A DNA stretch of 64,000 nt from Chloroflexaceae bacterium (GTDB lineage Bacteria; Chloroflexota; Chloroflexia; Chloroflexales; Chloroflexaceae): NCBI GenBank assembly GCA_028282325.1, contig JANQID010000050.1:1820-65819 (forward strand), in the 5' to 3' direction. The translations under genes and the position numbers were made by a program. Positions 15,510-24,890 of this stretch are shown piece by piece. Every line of letters begins with the position of its first letter. Within the stretch, counting starts at the first letter, position 1. The notes beneath the pieces were generated by a model that did not search any database, was not told where the DNA came from, and was given only the letters and a program-made list of their open reading frames with translations.

Positions 15510-18101
15510 ATGTTATATTGGCAACTGAATGCCTATATCTTAGCGTTGCTTATTTCTAGCATCCTATCCATAACAGCATCGATATATGTCTGGCAACGGC
15601 GTTTGGTCGTTGGCGCGGCGCCTCTGGCGCTGCTGATGATGGCAGCGGCCGAGTGGTCGTTGACCTATGCGCTGGAACTGGCCAATCCTTATCTAGAAGC
15701 TAAAATCTTCTGGGCCAGGATGCAATATTTTGGCATTGTCGGCGTCGTGGTTCTGCTCTTTGTAGTGGTTGTTCAGTACACAGGCCGCGAACGCTGGCTG
15801 ACCAGGCTCAACATTGCTGCGCTTGCCTCTGTGCCGCTGATCTCGTTGGCGCTGGTCTGGACCAATGACTTCCACGGATTGATCTGGAATGATATTAGCC
15901 TGGCCGCAGATGCTGCTTTCCCCGTGCTCGAGCTTGGTCACGGGCCGTTCTTCTGGGTTCTTATCATCTACTCATACCTCGTGCTGGTATTTGTGATACT
16001 GCTGCTATTCCCGCTGACGCTGGGCGCGGCACGCCCATATCGGGCCCAGTCCAGCGTGATGTTGGCCGGAATGTTTGCGCCCTGGGCCGGGAATGTCATT
16101 TACATCTTTGATCTCAGCCCGTTTCCCTATCTGGATCTGACGCCGTTCGCGTTTACTTTTTCCGGTCTGGCGGCGGTCTGGGGGTTGTTTCGCTTTCGGT
16201 TGCTCGATATCGTGCCGGCAGCTCGCGATATGGTTGTCGATAGCATCGAGTACGGCGTTATTGTATTGGATGACAAAGGGCGAATCGTCGATGCCAACGT
16301 TGCGGCCCAGCAATGGCTTGGACGGACGAGCGAAAATATTATTGGACAATCGACGCGGCAAGTTTTTGCATCCCGCCCCGACCTGTTCGCACGTTTTCGC
16401 CATGTCGCCAAAACCCAGACTGAGCTAGTGATTGAGAGCGAAGGCGCGCCCCGCTATTACGATCTCACGATTTCCCCGTTGCGTGATCGGCGCGGTAAAT
16501 TGAGCGGGCGGGTGTTGCTGATCCACGACATTACGCAGCGTAAAAACACCGAGCAGGCGTTGCGCGAGAGCGAGGAGCGCTCTCGCCGTCTGGTTGAGCT
16601 TTCACCCGAAGCGATCGTTGTTCTTAACGATTGCACGTTCGTCTATACAAACTCGTCTGGATTGCGCCTGTTCGGCGCTGCCAGCCTTGATGAGCTGATT
16701 GGAAAATCGCTGCTTGACCGGGTTGATCCCACTTGTCGCAAACTGGTTTCCATCAGTATCGAACAGTCGATGCAGCAACACATCGCCGCACCCCTGATTG
16801 AATACACATTGCTGCGGTTGGATGGCCAACCGTTCGAGGCCGAAGTCACCGCCACGATGACAACATATCAAGGCAAGTCGGCGATACAGGCGATCATTCG
16901 TGACATTACCGAACGCAAACGAGCCGATCAGCAACTCCGCGATTATCAAGCCCGGTTAGAGGAACAGAATGACGAGCTGCGCAAGCTTTCTCAGGCGATT
17001 GAGCAGAGCGCCAACTCGGTTGTCATTACCGACACGAACGGATATATCGAATACGTCAACCCTCGATTTATCGCCGTCACCGGCTACACTGCGGCGGAAT
17101 CGCTAGGACGCAACCCGCGGTTCTTGAAGTCCGGCGAGCACGATGCAGCGATCTATCGCGACTTATGGCAGACAATCAAGGCTGGGCAGATATGGCAAGG
17201 CGAATTCCACAATCGCCGCAAGGACGGAACGCTGTACTGGGAGATGTCAACTATAGCTCCCGTGTATGATAATGCAGGCCGGATTATGAACTTCATCGCG
17301 ATCAAGGAGGATATTACCGAGCGCAAAGAGGCCGAAGCGACGTTGCGCCACTACACGAGCGAACTGGAGAAGCGCAATGCCGAGCTTGACGCATTCGCCC
17401 ATACCGTCGCCCATGATCTGAAAAATCCGCTGACCGGGTTGCTCGGCTATATTCGATTGATGGAAATGCAGCTAAGTGAGACTTCCCAGGATCAGCAACG
17501 CGAATATTTGCAGATGCTGTCGCGCAGCGGGCAGAGGATAAAAAACATCATTAACGAGTTGCTCCTTTTGTCTAGCGTGCGCGAGATGGAGTCTATCGAG
17601 ACGTATGCATTGGATATGGCTGATATTGTGGATGAAGTTGTGGAGCGCCTGGAGTTCTTGATCGATCGATATCAGGCCGAAATCATTCGCCCCGATAGCT
17701 GGCCGATCGCACTAGGTTATGGTCCCTGGATCGAAGAGGTCTGGACCAATTACCTTAGCAATGCTTTGAAGTATGGCGGCTCGCCGCCGCGCATTGAATT
17801 GGGCGGCGACATCACCGAGAGTGGTGCAGTGTGTTACTGGGTGCGCGACAATGGCGAGGGTCTATCGCCCGAAGAGCAGGCGCGCCTGTTTACGCCGTTC
17901 GAGCGGATGCACAAGGTGCGCGCTGAAGGTCATGGCCTGGGGCTATCGATCGTGCGGCGCATTATGGAGAAGCTCGGCGGTCAGGTCGGCGTAGAAAGCG
18001 GCAAAGGTCAAGGCAGTACATTTTTCTTCATCTTGCCGTCGATTCATGGCGTTGAGGAACCGCGCTCGTTCGCCGCTGTGGTCGGTCAGCCCGATGTGTG
18101 A
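15510..18101 (+). CDS. sensor histidine kinase (N-terminal multi-TM domain, about 3 PAS domains, HisKA, HATPase_c)
   Basis: 863 aa. The first roughly 230 aa hold about 7 hydrophobic helices. PAS-like repeats follow (IHDITQRK, IRDITERK, IKEDITERK), then the H-box FAHTVAHDLKNPL and G-boxes DNGEGL and GHGLGLSIV. Confidence 0.9.
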   Translation: MLYWQLNAYILALLISSILSITASIYVWQRRLVVGAAPLALLMMAAAEWSLTYALELANPYLEAKIFWARMQYFGIVGVVVLLFVVVVQYTGRERWLTRLNIAALASVPLISLALVWTNDFHGLIWNDISLAADAAFPVLELGHGPFFWVLIIYSYLVLVFVILLLFPLTLGAARPYRAQSSVMLAGMFAPWAGNVIYIFDLSPFPYLDLTPFAFTFSGLAAVWGLFRFRLLDIVPAARDMVVDSIEYGVIVLDDKGRIVDANVAAQQWLGRTSENIIGQSTRQVFASRPDLFARFRHVAKTQTELVIESEGAPRYYDLTISPLRDRRGKLSGRVLLIHDITQRKNTEQALRESEERSRRLVELSPEAIVVLNDCTFVYTNSSGLRLFGAASLDELIGKSLLDRVDPTCRKLVSISIEQSMQQHIAAPLIEYTLLRLDGQPFEAEVTATMTTYQGKSAIQAIIRDITERKRADQQLRDYQARLEEQNDELRKLSQAIEQSANSVVITDTNGYIEYVNPRFIAVTGYTAAESLGRNPRFLKSGEHDAAIYRDLWQTIKAGQIWQGEFHNRRKDGTLYWEMSTIAPVYDNAGRIMNFIAIKEDITERKEAEATLRHYTSELEKRNAELDAFAHTVAHDLKNPLTGLLGYIRLMEMQLSETSQDQQREYLQMLSRSGQRIKNIINELLLLSSVREMESIETYALDMADIVDEVVERLEFLIDRYQAEIIRPDSWPIALGYGPWIEEVWTNYLSNALKYGGSPPRIELGGDITESGAVCYWVRDNGEGLSPEEQARLFTPFERMHKVRAEGHGLGLSIVRRIMEKLGGQVGVESGKGQGSTFFFILPSIHGVEEPRSFAAVVGQPDV

Positions 18102-18126
18102 TGCGAATCCGTGCCGTATCATGCAC

Positions 18127-18792
18127 TCACACACCATCGTCGGTTAGCATTTTCCCCGCCAATTCGCTTTGCAACTGTCGCAGATAGTCCGTGATAAACT
18201 GGGTTCGCCGTTGCGCTTCGGCTCGCCCGGCTGCGGTTTGCATTGTATCGACAAGCTTCAGTAGCTTCACGAAGAAGTGGTCGATCGTATAGATATGATC
18301 GTCGGGATCGCGCAGTATAGGAAACGGCTCGGTCGTATGGTATAGCGTCCGGCCCAGTGCCCCGCCGACCATTATGCAACGCGCGATCCCGATTGCTCCC
18401 AGTGCGTCGAGCCGATCAGCGTCTTGCACCGCCTTCGCTTCGATGGTACGCGGCGCGATGCCCGCCGAGAAGCTGTGCGCCGCGATTGCGTGGGCGATGC
18501 CCGCATAATGCGCCTGGGGGTAGCCTTCGGCGGCGAGGAATGCGACTGCCTCCTGCGCCGCCTCCGTCGATGCTGTATTGCGCCGCGCCGAGTCCTTCGG
18601 CGTTACCACGCAGTCGTGGAGCCAGGCGGCGGGAATGACGACCTCCAATGCCGCGCCTTCGGACAGCGCCAAGTGGCGCGCTGTCGCTACAACTCGGTTG
18701 ACGTGCGCCATATCGTGGGCGGGATCGGCGTTATGCAGGCGCGGTTCAAGAAAGTGCGCACAGCGAGTTTCCCAGTACGACCAATTGAGCAT
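18127..18792 (-). CDS. HD-domain phosphohydrolase
   Basis: 221 aa with HDMAHVNRV...AAWLHDCV...QDADRLDALGAIGIAR, the HD-superfamily H..HD..D pattern. It starts 17 nt downstream of the NYN/CSD gene on the same strand. Confidence 0.8.
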   Translation of the reverse strand: MLNWSYWETRCAHFLEPRLHNADPAHDMAHVNRVVATARHLALSEGAALEVVIPAAWLHDCVVTPKDSARRNTASTEAAQEAVAFLAAEGYPQAHYAGIAHAIAAHSFSAGIAPRTIEAKAVQDADRLDALGAIGIARCIMVGGALGRTLYHTTEPFPILRDPDDHIYTIDHFFVKLLKLVDTMQTAAGRAEAQRRTQFITDYLRQLQSELAGKMLTDDGV

Positions 18793-18808
18793 AGCCGCCT
18801 TGCCTTGT

Positions 18809-19672
18809 TCAGCGACGGGGGCTGATCAACTGAATATCAACCGCTTGCAACCCGCTCTCGCGAACCTCTGACGGGGCGATCTCAAACTCCAGGATCACAT
18901 CTCGGCTGGGCAATTTTGCGGGATTGACGTTATCGGGCAATTGCGAATCGTGGAAGAATACGCTCGTATAGGGCGAGTCGGGCTGGCGCGAGTCGGTCTT
19001 CCACAGATTCGTGGTGATCGTCTTCAAGAAACGCAGGAAGCCATAACCCTTGCCGGTGTGGCTATAGCACACGCCACGTACGCGCGAACCGGGATCGCCC
19101 CAGACTGGCCCGTTGCGTGGGGATATCGTGGGCAGCAGGTTGGGAATGAGGTACCCGGAAATGAACAGGTCGGCCTCGCGTCGCAAATCATTCGAGACGT
19201 TTTCGAAAGCCAGCACTTCCACACGACAGCCGCGATTTTGCAAGGCGCGCACGACCTGCACAAAATCGCCGTCGCCAGTGGCCAGCAGCACGCGATCGAT
19301 GTTCTCCGACTGCAACAACGCATCAACCGCCAGATCCAGGTCGGCGTTGGCCTTGCCAAAGCGATTGCCGTTCTCATCAACATACCACTTGACATTCTTC
19401 TGGATGACTTTGTAGCCAAAATCGCGTAAGAGCGAGAAAAAGCCGTGCTGGGCTTCCCGGAAAGCCGCATCCTGATCGGCGCGTTCGGCATCAAAACCGA
19501 CGTAGGCATTCAGCCGGATCGGCTCGGCCTCGCCGCGACAAGCAAACTCGCGCAATACATCGTAGCGCATTCCATAACCGCCATTGCGGGCAAGATTGGC
19601 GACATCGACATAGACCCCTACGCGAATATCTCGGTAATCCCCCATACCCTCATATCTCTTCCGGCGCGGCAA
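18809..19672 (-). CDS. NYN (LabA-like PIN-fold nuclease) domain protein with C-terminal cold-shock domain
   Basis: 287 aa. The NYN part has VGVYVDVANL...KANADLDLAVDAL...VLLATGDGDF..VV. The CSD part has GKGYGFL (RNP1-like) and VFFHD (RNP2-like). The ORF-track start is TTG 19672, and an alternative ATG lies at 19645. Confidence 0.8.
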   Translation of the reverse strand: MPRRKRYEGMGDYRDIRVGVYVDVANLARNGGYGMRYDVLREFACRGEAEPIRLNAYVGFDAERADQDAAFREAQHGFFSLLRDFGYKVIQKNVKWYVDENGNRFGKANADLDLAVDALLQSENIDRVLLATGDGDFVQVVRALQNRGCRVEVLAFENVSNDLRREADLFISGYLIPNLLPTISPRNGPVWGDPGSRVRGVCYSHTGKGYGFLRFLKTITTNLWKTDSRQPDSPYTSVFFHDSQLPDNVNPAKLPSRDVILEFEIAPSEVRESGLQAVDIQLISPRR

Positions 19673-19683
19673 TTCAAGAGATT

Positions 19684-20132
19684 GACGTGCTCGTGACCGT
19701 ACCCCCGATTCTGTTCAGCGCCGTCATCTCTCTCTCCGCAATGCGGAGGCCGCTCCTAGTCTGCCGGGCGTTACCCGGCCTCGCCGTCGCGGCGGCGATG
19801 TGAGCGAACGGGGTGGTATAGCGCCTTGCGGCTCCCACCGATAAGCCCGCCCCACACACCTTGCTCCCCATCAGCCAGCGCAGTCGCCTGGCCGCCGACG
19901 TTGCCGTCGACGCCGGTGCGCTTTTACCGCACCCTTTCACCCCTTACCGAGCTTGCCCTGAGGTTGAACTCGGCGGGACTGCTTTCTGTTGCCGTCTTGC
20001 GTCACGCGCAGCTTACACCGCACGTGCCCTCGCTTACGGTTTCGCGGGGTGGCCTTCCCTCGTTGTCGAGGGGCGAGGAGTCGGGAAGTTCCTCTGGAGG
20101 TATGCTCCAGCGACGGCTCGTCACGAGCACGC
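19684..20132 (-). ncRNA. rnpB: RNase P RNA (bacterial type A-like)
   Basis: The minus strand contains:
- P1: CGUGCUCGUGAC pairs with GUCACGAGCACG.
- P2: GCCGUC pairs with GACGGC.
- P3: hairpin CUGGAG-CAUAC-CUCCAG.
- GGUAAGGGGUGAAAGGGUGCGGUAAAAGCGCACC, close to E. coli M1 GGUAAGGGUGAAAGGGUGCGGUAAGAGCGCACC.
- GCAACAGAAAGCA.
- 3'-proximal ACAGAAUCGGGGGUA.
The ends are approximate. Confidence 0.85.
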
Positions 20133-20287
20133 AGTTGACTCAGTATAGCATACGATAGAATGGTCGGCAGATCATACGACGAACGGCGGCGCTCGAATGT
20201 TTCAGCGTGGTATCATAGCGCCTGCCAGAGCCTGTTTGCATAGAAGACGGGCTCGGTCTCAAGCGTTCATCATACGAAGGAGTGGTT

Positions 20288-21103
20288 ATGATTGCGGTTG
20301 GTTTTTGCCTCGGCGTGTTTGGAGCGACCTATGCCCAGGTGCGTGAAGTAGCCCGGCTCATCGATGACCTTGGCTTCGATTCGGTCTGGGTATGGGATCA
20401 CTATGTCTCGTGGAATGATCCGCGCGAGCCGGTGCTGGAATGTTGGACGACGCTGGCTGGTCTGGCCGAGGCGACCCGCCGCGTGTGGTTGGGCCCGCTG
20501 GTTGCCAACAATACCAATCGCCATCCGGGACGTCTGGCAAAGGTCGCTGCAACGCTGCAAGAGGTGTCGGGCGGGCGTTGCGAGCTGGGTCTCGGCGCGG
20601 GAGGGTATGAGGATGAGCAGATTCGGTTTGGCATCGATCAGGGCGCGGCGGGCAGACGCGTGGGTCAATTTGAAGAAGCGTTGCAAATCATTCCCGCGAT
20701 CTGGAGCGGCGAGCCGACGACGTTCGCCGGACGGTATTACCAACTGCGTGACGCGATCGCCGCGCCGGCGCCCGATCCGCGCCCGCGCATTATCGTTGGA
20801 GCGCACGGGTCGCGCATGATCGGCCTTGCCGCACGCTACGCCGACGGATTGAACCTAAATTGGAAGCGTCGTGATCAATTCCCGCAGATGTTCGCTGCCC
20901 TCGATGCCGGATTGGCGGAAGCCGGGCGTACGCGCGCCGGCTTCGACCTGTCGCTCCATCCCTACTGGCGCGACCTCGCGCCCGACCCCGCGCGCGCCCT
21001 TGCCGAGTGGGAGCGCATGGGTTTTACCCGCGCGCTTGTCTATGTCAGCGCGCCGTTTCCCTTGCACGAGCTCGAAAAGGTTGCCAGGGTTGTGCAGGGG
21101 TAG
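20288..21103 (+). CDS. luciferase-like monooxygenase (LLM) family oxidoreductase, probably F420-dependent
   Basis: The ORF-track start is GTG 20282. ATG 20288 lies 5 nt after AAGGAG (20277-20282). Motifs are GFDSVWVWDH, LGPLVANNTNRHP and ELGLGAGG, which are LLM-class features. Confidence 0.8.
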   Translation: MIAVGFCLGVFGATYAQVREVARLIDDLGFDSVWVWDHYVSWNDPREPVLECWTTLAGLAEATRRVWLGPLVANNTNRHPGRLAKVAATLQEVSGGRCELGLGAGGYEDEQIRFGIDQGAAGRRVGQFEEALQIIPAIWSGEPTTFAGRYYQLRDAIAAPAPDPRPRIIVGAHGSRMIGLAARYADGLNLNWKRRDQFPQMFAALDAGLAEAGRTRAGFDLSLHPYWRDLAPDPARALAEWERMGFTRALVYVSAPFPLHELEKVARVVQG

Positions 21104-21108
21104 CGTGC

Positions 21109-21327
21109 ATAATTCGAAACTGTGCCGCCCCGCACGATGCCGACGTTCACGGTCAGGTCGGGCCGCGCGCCGTTGAACGCCTGGAGCGCCTCGATCTGGC
21201 GCGCCAATTCGAGAATGGCGTTCGCGCCGCGTTCCGGTTCGACTCCGGCGTGGGCGGCGCGCCCCGCGACGTGAACGGTGAACACACCGTTGCCTTTGCG
21301 CGCGCTGACGATGTCGCCGTTAGGATA
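21109..21327 (-). pseudogene. relic of an M20-family peptidase (carboxypeptidase G2-like dimerisation domain only)
   Basis: ORF 21040-21429 (-) contains ARKGNGVFTVHVAGRAAHAGVEPERGANAILELARQIEALQAF..LTVNVGIVRGGTVSN, a good M20 lid-domain match. It lacks both flanking catalytic-domain halves. Its tail runs into the 3' end of the LLM gene. Confidence 0.6.
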
Positions 21328-21484
21328 TGCTCGCGATATCTGGCAACAGGCGGGCGGAAGTCTTTCGTCGTGCTCTGATTCTACCATTGACGCTATACAT
21401 TCTTGAGTGCAAACTAACCGGCTGTTCATATTCCGTATACCCTATCCGCGCGACCAACCGCGCTCGATAGCGCGCGAAGTTGCG

Positions 21485-21514
21485 TTGACACCGTTTTTGC
21501 CGGAGTGTTATACT
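21485..21514 (+). promoter_or_regulatory. sigma-70-type promoter candidate for the zinc-ribbon/MoxR cluster
   Basis: TTGACA (21485-21490), an 18-nt spacer, then TATACT (21509-21514), about 100 nt upstream of ATG 21614. Confidence 0.5.
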
Positions 21515-21613
21515 GCCAGCGAGCAGAGTTTTTTCAAGAATACGCTGCGCGAACCGGGTATTCGCCCGCTGCGCGTATGATTGCCATCACGTGGCCGCGT
21601 GAGGAGTGAGACT

Positions 21614-22054
21614 ATGGTTGAGCGTATCTGCCCGCAGTGTCAACACGCCAATGCGCTTGAAAACCGCTTCTGCGGTCGATGCGGCGCCCCCCTGGAGCGG
21701 CACGAGTTTGCTCCGCGCCAGGAGTACGCATTGACCGTGTTTGGTCAGAACCTGCCGATGACGCAGATCAAGCAGGTGGGACAGACGGTCGCGGTGAGTC
21801 TGGCGGCGCTGGCTGCCGAGGCTGGCCTAGCCTGGCTGCGTCGGCGTGTCGATCAGCTCAAAACGCCGACGCCTGCGATTCAAGCTACGCCATCTGCGGC
21901 GCAGCCGACCCAGACTGCGCAGACTGCGCTGACCACCGGTGCGGCCGTAAGCGATGTCGTTACGGTTGTCCGTCAACGTGTCGTTGAAGTCTGGGAGCAT
22001 GGCACGCTCACCCGGCAGACGATCGAGCGCACCTTCTGGCGGCGCGAAGGTTGA
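21614..22054 (+). CDS. zinc-ribbon protein with a hydrophobic segment
   Basis: The in-frame ATG 21614 follows GAGGAG. The N-terminus has CPQC..(x12)..CGRCG, followed by VAVSLAALAAEAGLAWL. Confidence 0.6.
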   Translation: MVERICPQCQHANALENRFCGRCGAPLERHEFAPRQEYALTVFGQNLPMTQIKQVGQTVAVSLAALAAEAGLAWLRRRVDQLKTPTPAIQATPSAAQPTQTAQTALTTGAAVSDVVTVVRQRVVEVWEHGTLTRQTIERTFWRREG

Positions 22055-22160
22055 ACCGTCTCCAGCATATCAACCGGGAACATCAAATCGAAATCTGGCG
22101 TCTATGCCAATGGTGCTGGTTGTGCGCCGGGTTCGGCTTTGATCGTCTGAAAGGTTTGCC

Positions 22161-23816
22161 ATGTCTGAATCGCTCAATTCCTATGACTTGCTCCAACGTC
22201 GCCTGCGTCCCCTCGGCATACGGTTGCGTCTGAGTGATATGTTCTCACTGGCCAGCCGTAGCCTGTGGATCGCCGCGACGTTGTTTGCCCTGATCGCCCT
22301 GGTTGGCTGGTTGACGCCGATCCCCAATCTGTGGGCGTGGTCATTGATCCCTCTGGTCGTCTGGACTCTGGCGATGCTGGGCTATCTGGCGTTTCGTCCA
22401 TTGTCGATGCAGCGGATTGCCCGACGGGTTGATACGCTGCTCGAATTGCGCGAGCGGCTGGCGACGGCGCTTGAACTGCACGATTATAACGCTCACGATC
22501 AACTGAGCGATATGCAGCAACAGGATGCCAGCGCCGCTGCGCAGCGCCTGAATCCGCGGCAGGTGTCGCTGCAATGGCGACGCACCCCGCTGCTGCTGAG
22601 TTTGGCTCCGCTGGCGATCGGCGTTGCCTTGCTAGCGTTGCCGAATCCACAAGATGCCGTGCTCGCCGATCGGCAGGCGGTTCGGGAAACACTGACCGAG
22701 GTTGCAGAGGAGATTAACGCGCTTCGCGAGGAGATCGCCGCCGACGAGACGCTCACACCGGAGGAGCGCGCGCTGCTGGAGGAACAGTTGGCCGAGTTGG
22801 AAGAGCGATTGCGCCAGAACGAAGGCAATCGTGAAGAAGCGCTCGCCGAACTTTCGGCTTCCGAGGCGCGCTTGCAGCAAGAGCTGGAGCCGGGAACCGA
22901 CGCGCGCCGAGCCGGGTTGGAGCAGATGGCCCGCGATCTGGAGCGACTTTCCGGCCGCGATGGCAGCCAGCAGCCTGATCTCAACCAGGCCGCGCAGCAG
23001 CTTGATCAGCTTGCCGAGCGACTGGCGGAAATGAGCGAAGAGGAACGCCAGCAGCTTGCCGATCAACTTGCGCAGGAGGCCGCCCGGATGGCGGCGAGCG
23101 ATCCGCAAACAGCCCAGGGTCTCTCGGATGCAGCGCAGGCGTTGAGCGGCGGCGACACGCAAACCGCCGCCGAACAGCTTCAGCAGGCCGCTGAGAATGT
23201 TCGCGGCGCCCAGCGTCAGCTTGCTGATCAGGAGGCTGTGCAGCAATCGCTTTCCGAGATCCAGAATGCGCGTCAGCAGGTGGCCCAGGCTGGCCAGCAA
23301 ACGCAGTCTGGTCAGGTTGCGCAGGAAGGGCAGCAGGGTCAGGAAAGCCAGCAAGGGCAGCAAGGCCAGCAGGGTCAGGAAGGTCAGCAAGGGCAGCAGG
23401 GTCAGGAAGGTCAGCAAGGCTCGAACCCGGGTGGTGGAGGCGGTGGTACGAATGCTTCGTCGGCGGATGGCGCCCAGAGCAGCGGCCAGGTTGACGTTGA
23501 TCCAAACCGTCCGGCCAATTCCGGTGCTGGCGGCGGCAGCGAAGATCTTGTCTACCAGCCGTATCAGCCGTCGGGCCAGGAAGGCGAGCAAGAGTTTGTG
23601 CAGGGCCAGCAGGGCCAGGGTGGGCAGACCGAGGTGCGTGAAGGCGAAAGCGCGGCGCCCGGCGCCAATAGCCCGTCACTGGTGCCGTACGAGCAGCTTT
23701 ATCCCGACTATGCCCGTTCGGCGAGCGAGGCGCTTGATCGGAGCTATATCCCACCGCATCTCAAAAACTACGTGCGCGACTATTTCTCGCGGCTTGAGCC
23801 GGGGAACGGCAATTAA
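22161..23816 (+). CDS. membrane-anchored coiled-coil / low-complexity protein of the MoxR-DUF58-VWA (Bat-type) cluster
   Basis: 551 aa with two N-terminal TM helices, ARRVDTLLELRERLATALE, a long E/Q/A/L-rich coiled region, a Q/G/E tandem repeat and the C-terminal motif IPPHLKNYVRDYFSRLEP. It is a paralog of the 47597-48892 (-) gene. Confidence 0.75.
   Translation: MSESLNSYDLLQRRLRPLGIRLRLSDMFSLASRSLWIAATLFALIALVGWLTPIPNLWAWSLIPLVVWTLAMLGYLAFRPLSMQRIARRVDTLLELRERLATALELHDYNAHDQLSDMQQQDASAAAQRLNPRQVSLQWRRTPLLLSLAPLAIGVALLALPNPQDAVLADRQAVRETLTEVAEEINALREEIAADETLTPEERALLEEQLAELEERLRQNEGNREEALAELSASEARLQQELEPGTDARRAGLEQMARDLERLSGRDGSQQPDLNQAAQQLDQLAERLAEMSEEERQQLADQLAQEAARMAASDPQTAQGLSDAAQALSGGDTQTAAEQLQQAAENVRGAQRQLADQEAVQQSLSEIQNARQQVAQAGQQTQSGQVAQEGQQGQESQQGQQGQQGQEGQQGQQGQEGQQGSNPGGGGGGTNASSADGAQSSGQVDVDPNRPANSGAGGGSEDLVYQPYQPSGQEGEQEFVQGQQGQGGQTEVREGESAAPGANSPSLVPYEQLYPDYARSASEALDRSYIPPHLKNYVRDYFSRLEPGNGN
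23318..23420 (+). repeat. in-frame tandem repeat encoding (QQGQ[EQ]G)n
   Basis: The DNA reads cagcagggtcaggaaggtcagcaagggcagcagggtcaggaaggtcagcaaggc... and the protein reads QEGQQGQESQQGQQGQQGQEGQQGQQGQEGQQGS. The period is about 27 nt. Confidence 0.8.
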
Positions 23817-23827
23817 GGAGTGATGGT

Positions 23828-24850
<1,023 letters not shown>

Positions 24851-24890
24851 GCGCCGGTTCGCGAGCCGCCGCGTCCTTTCAATCGGGGTT

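Noticed and set aside
19674-20158. Small ORFs (19674-19940 minus strand; 19826-20158 and 19861-20148 plus strand)
   Set aside because: They lie inside the RNase P RNA gene, whose conserved helices and motifs account for the sequence.
23318-23420. Possible CRISPR-like or satellite repeat
   Set aside because: The repeats are contiguous with no spacers, are in frame, and lie inside a coding sequence. This is a coding tandem repeat, not a CRISPR array. The same applies to the 12-nt PEPS repeat at 36398-36457.
22632-23754. Minus-strand ORFs 22632-23591 (319 aa) and 22981-23754 (257 aa), and other-frame ORFs over the coiled-coil gene
   Set aside because: They are artefacts of low-complexity repeats (L/R- or P/A/R-rich). 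The plus-strand frame is supported by TM helices, a paralog elsewhere in the window and operon context.
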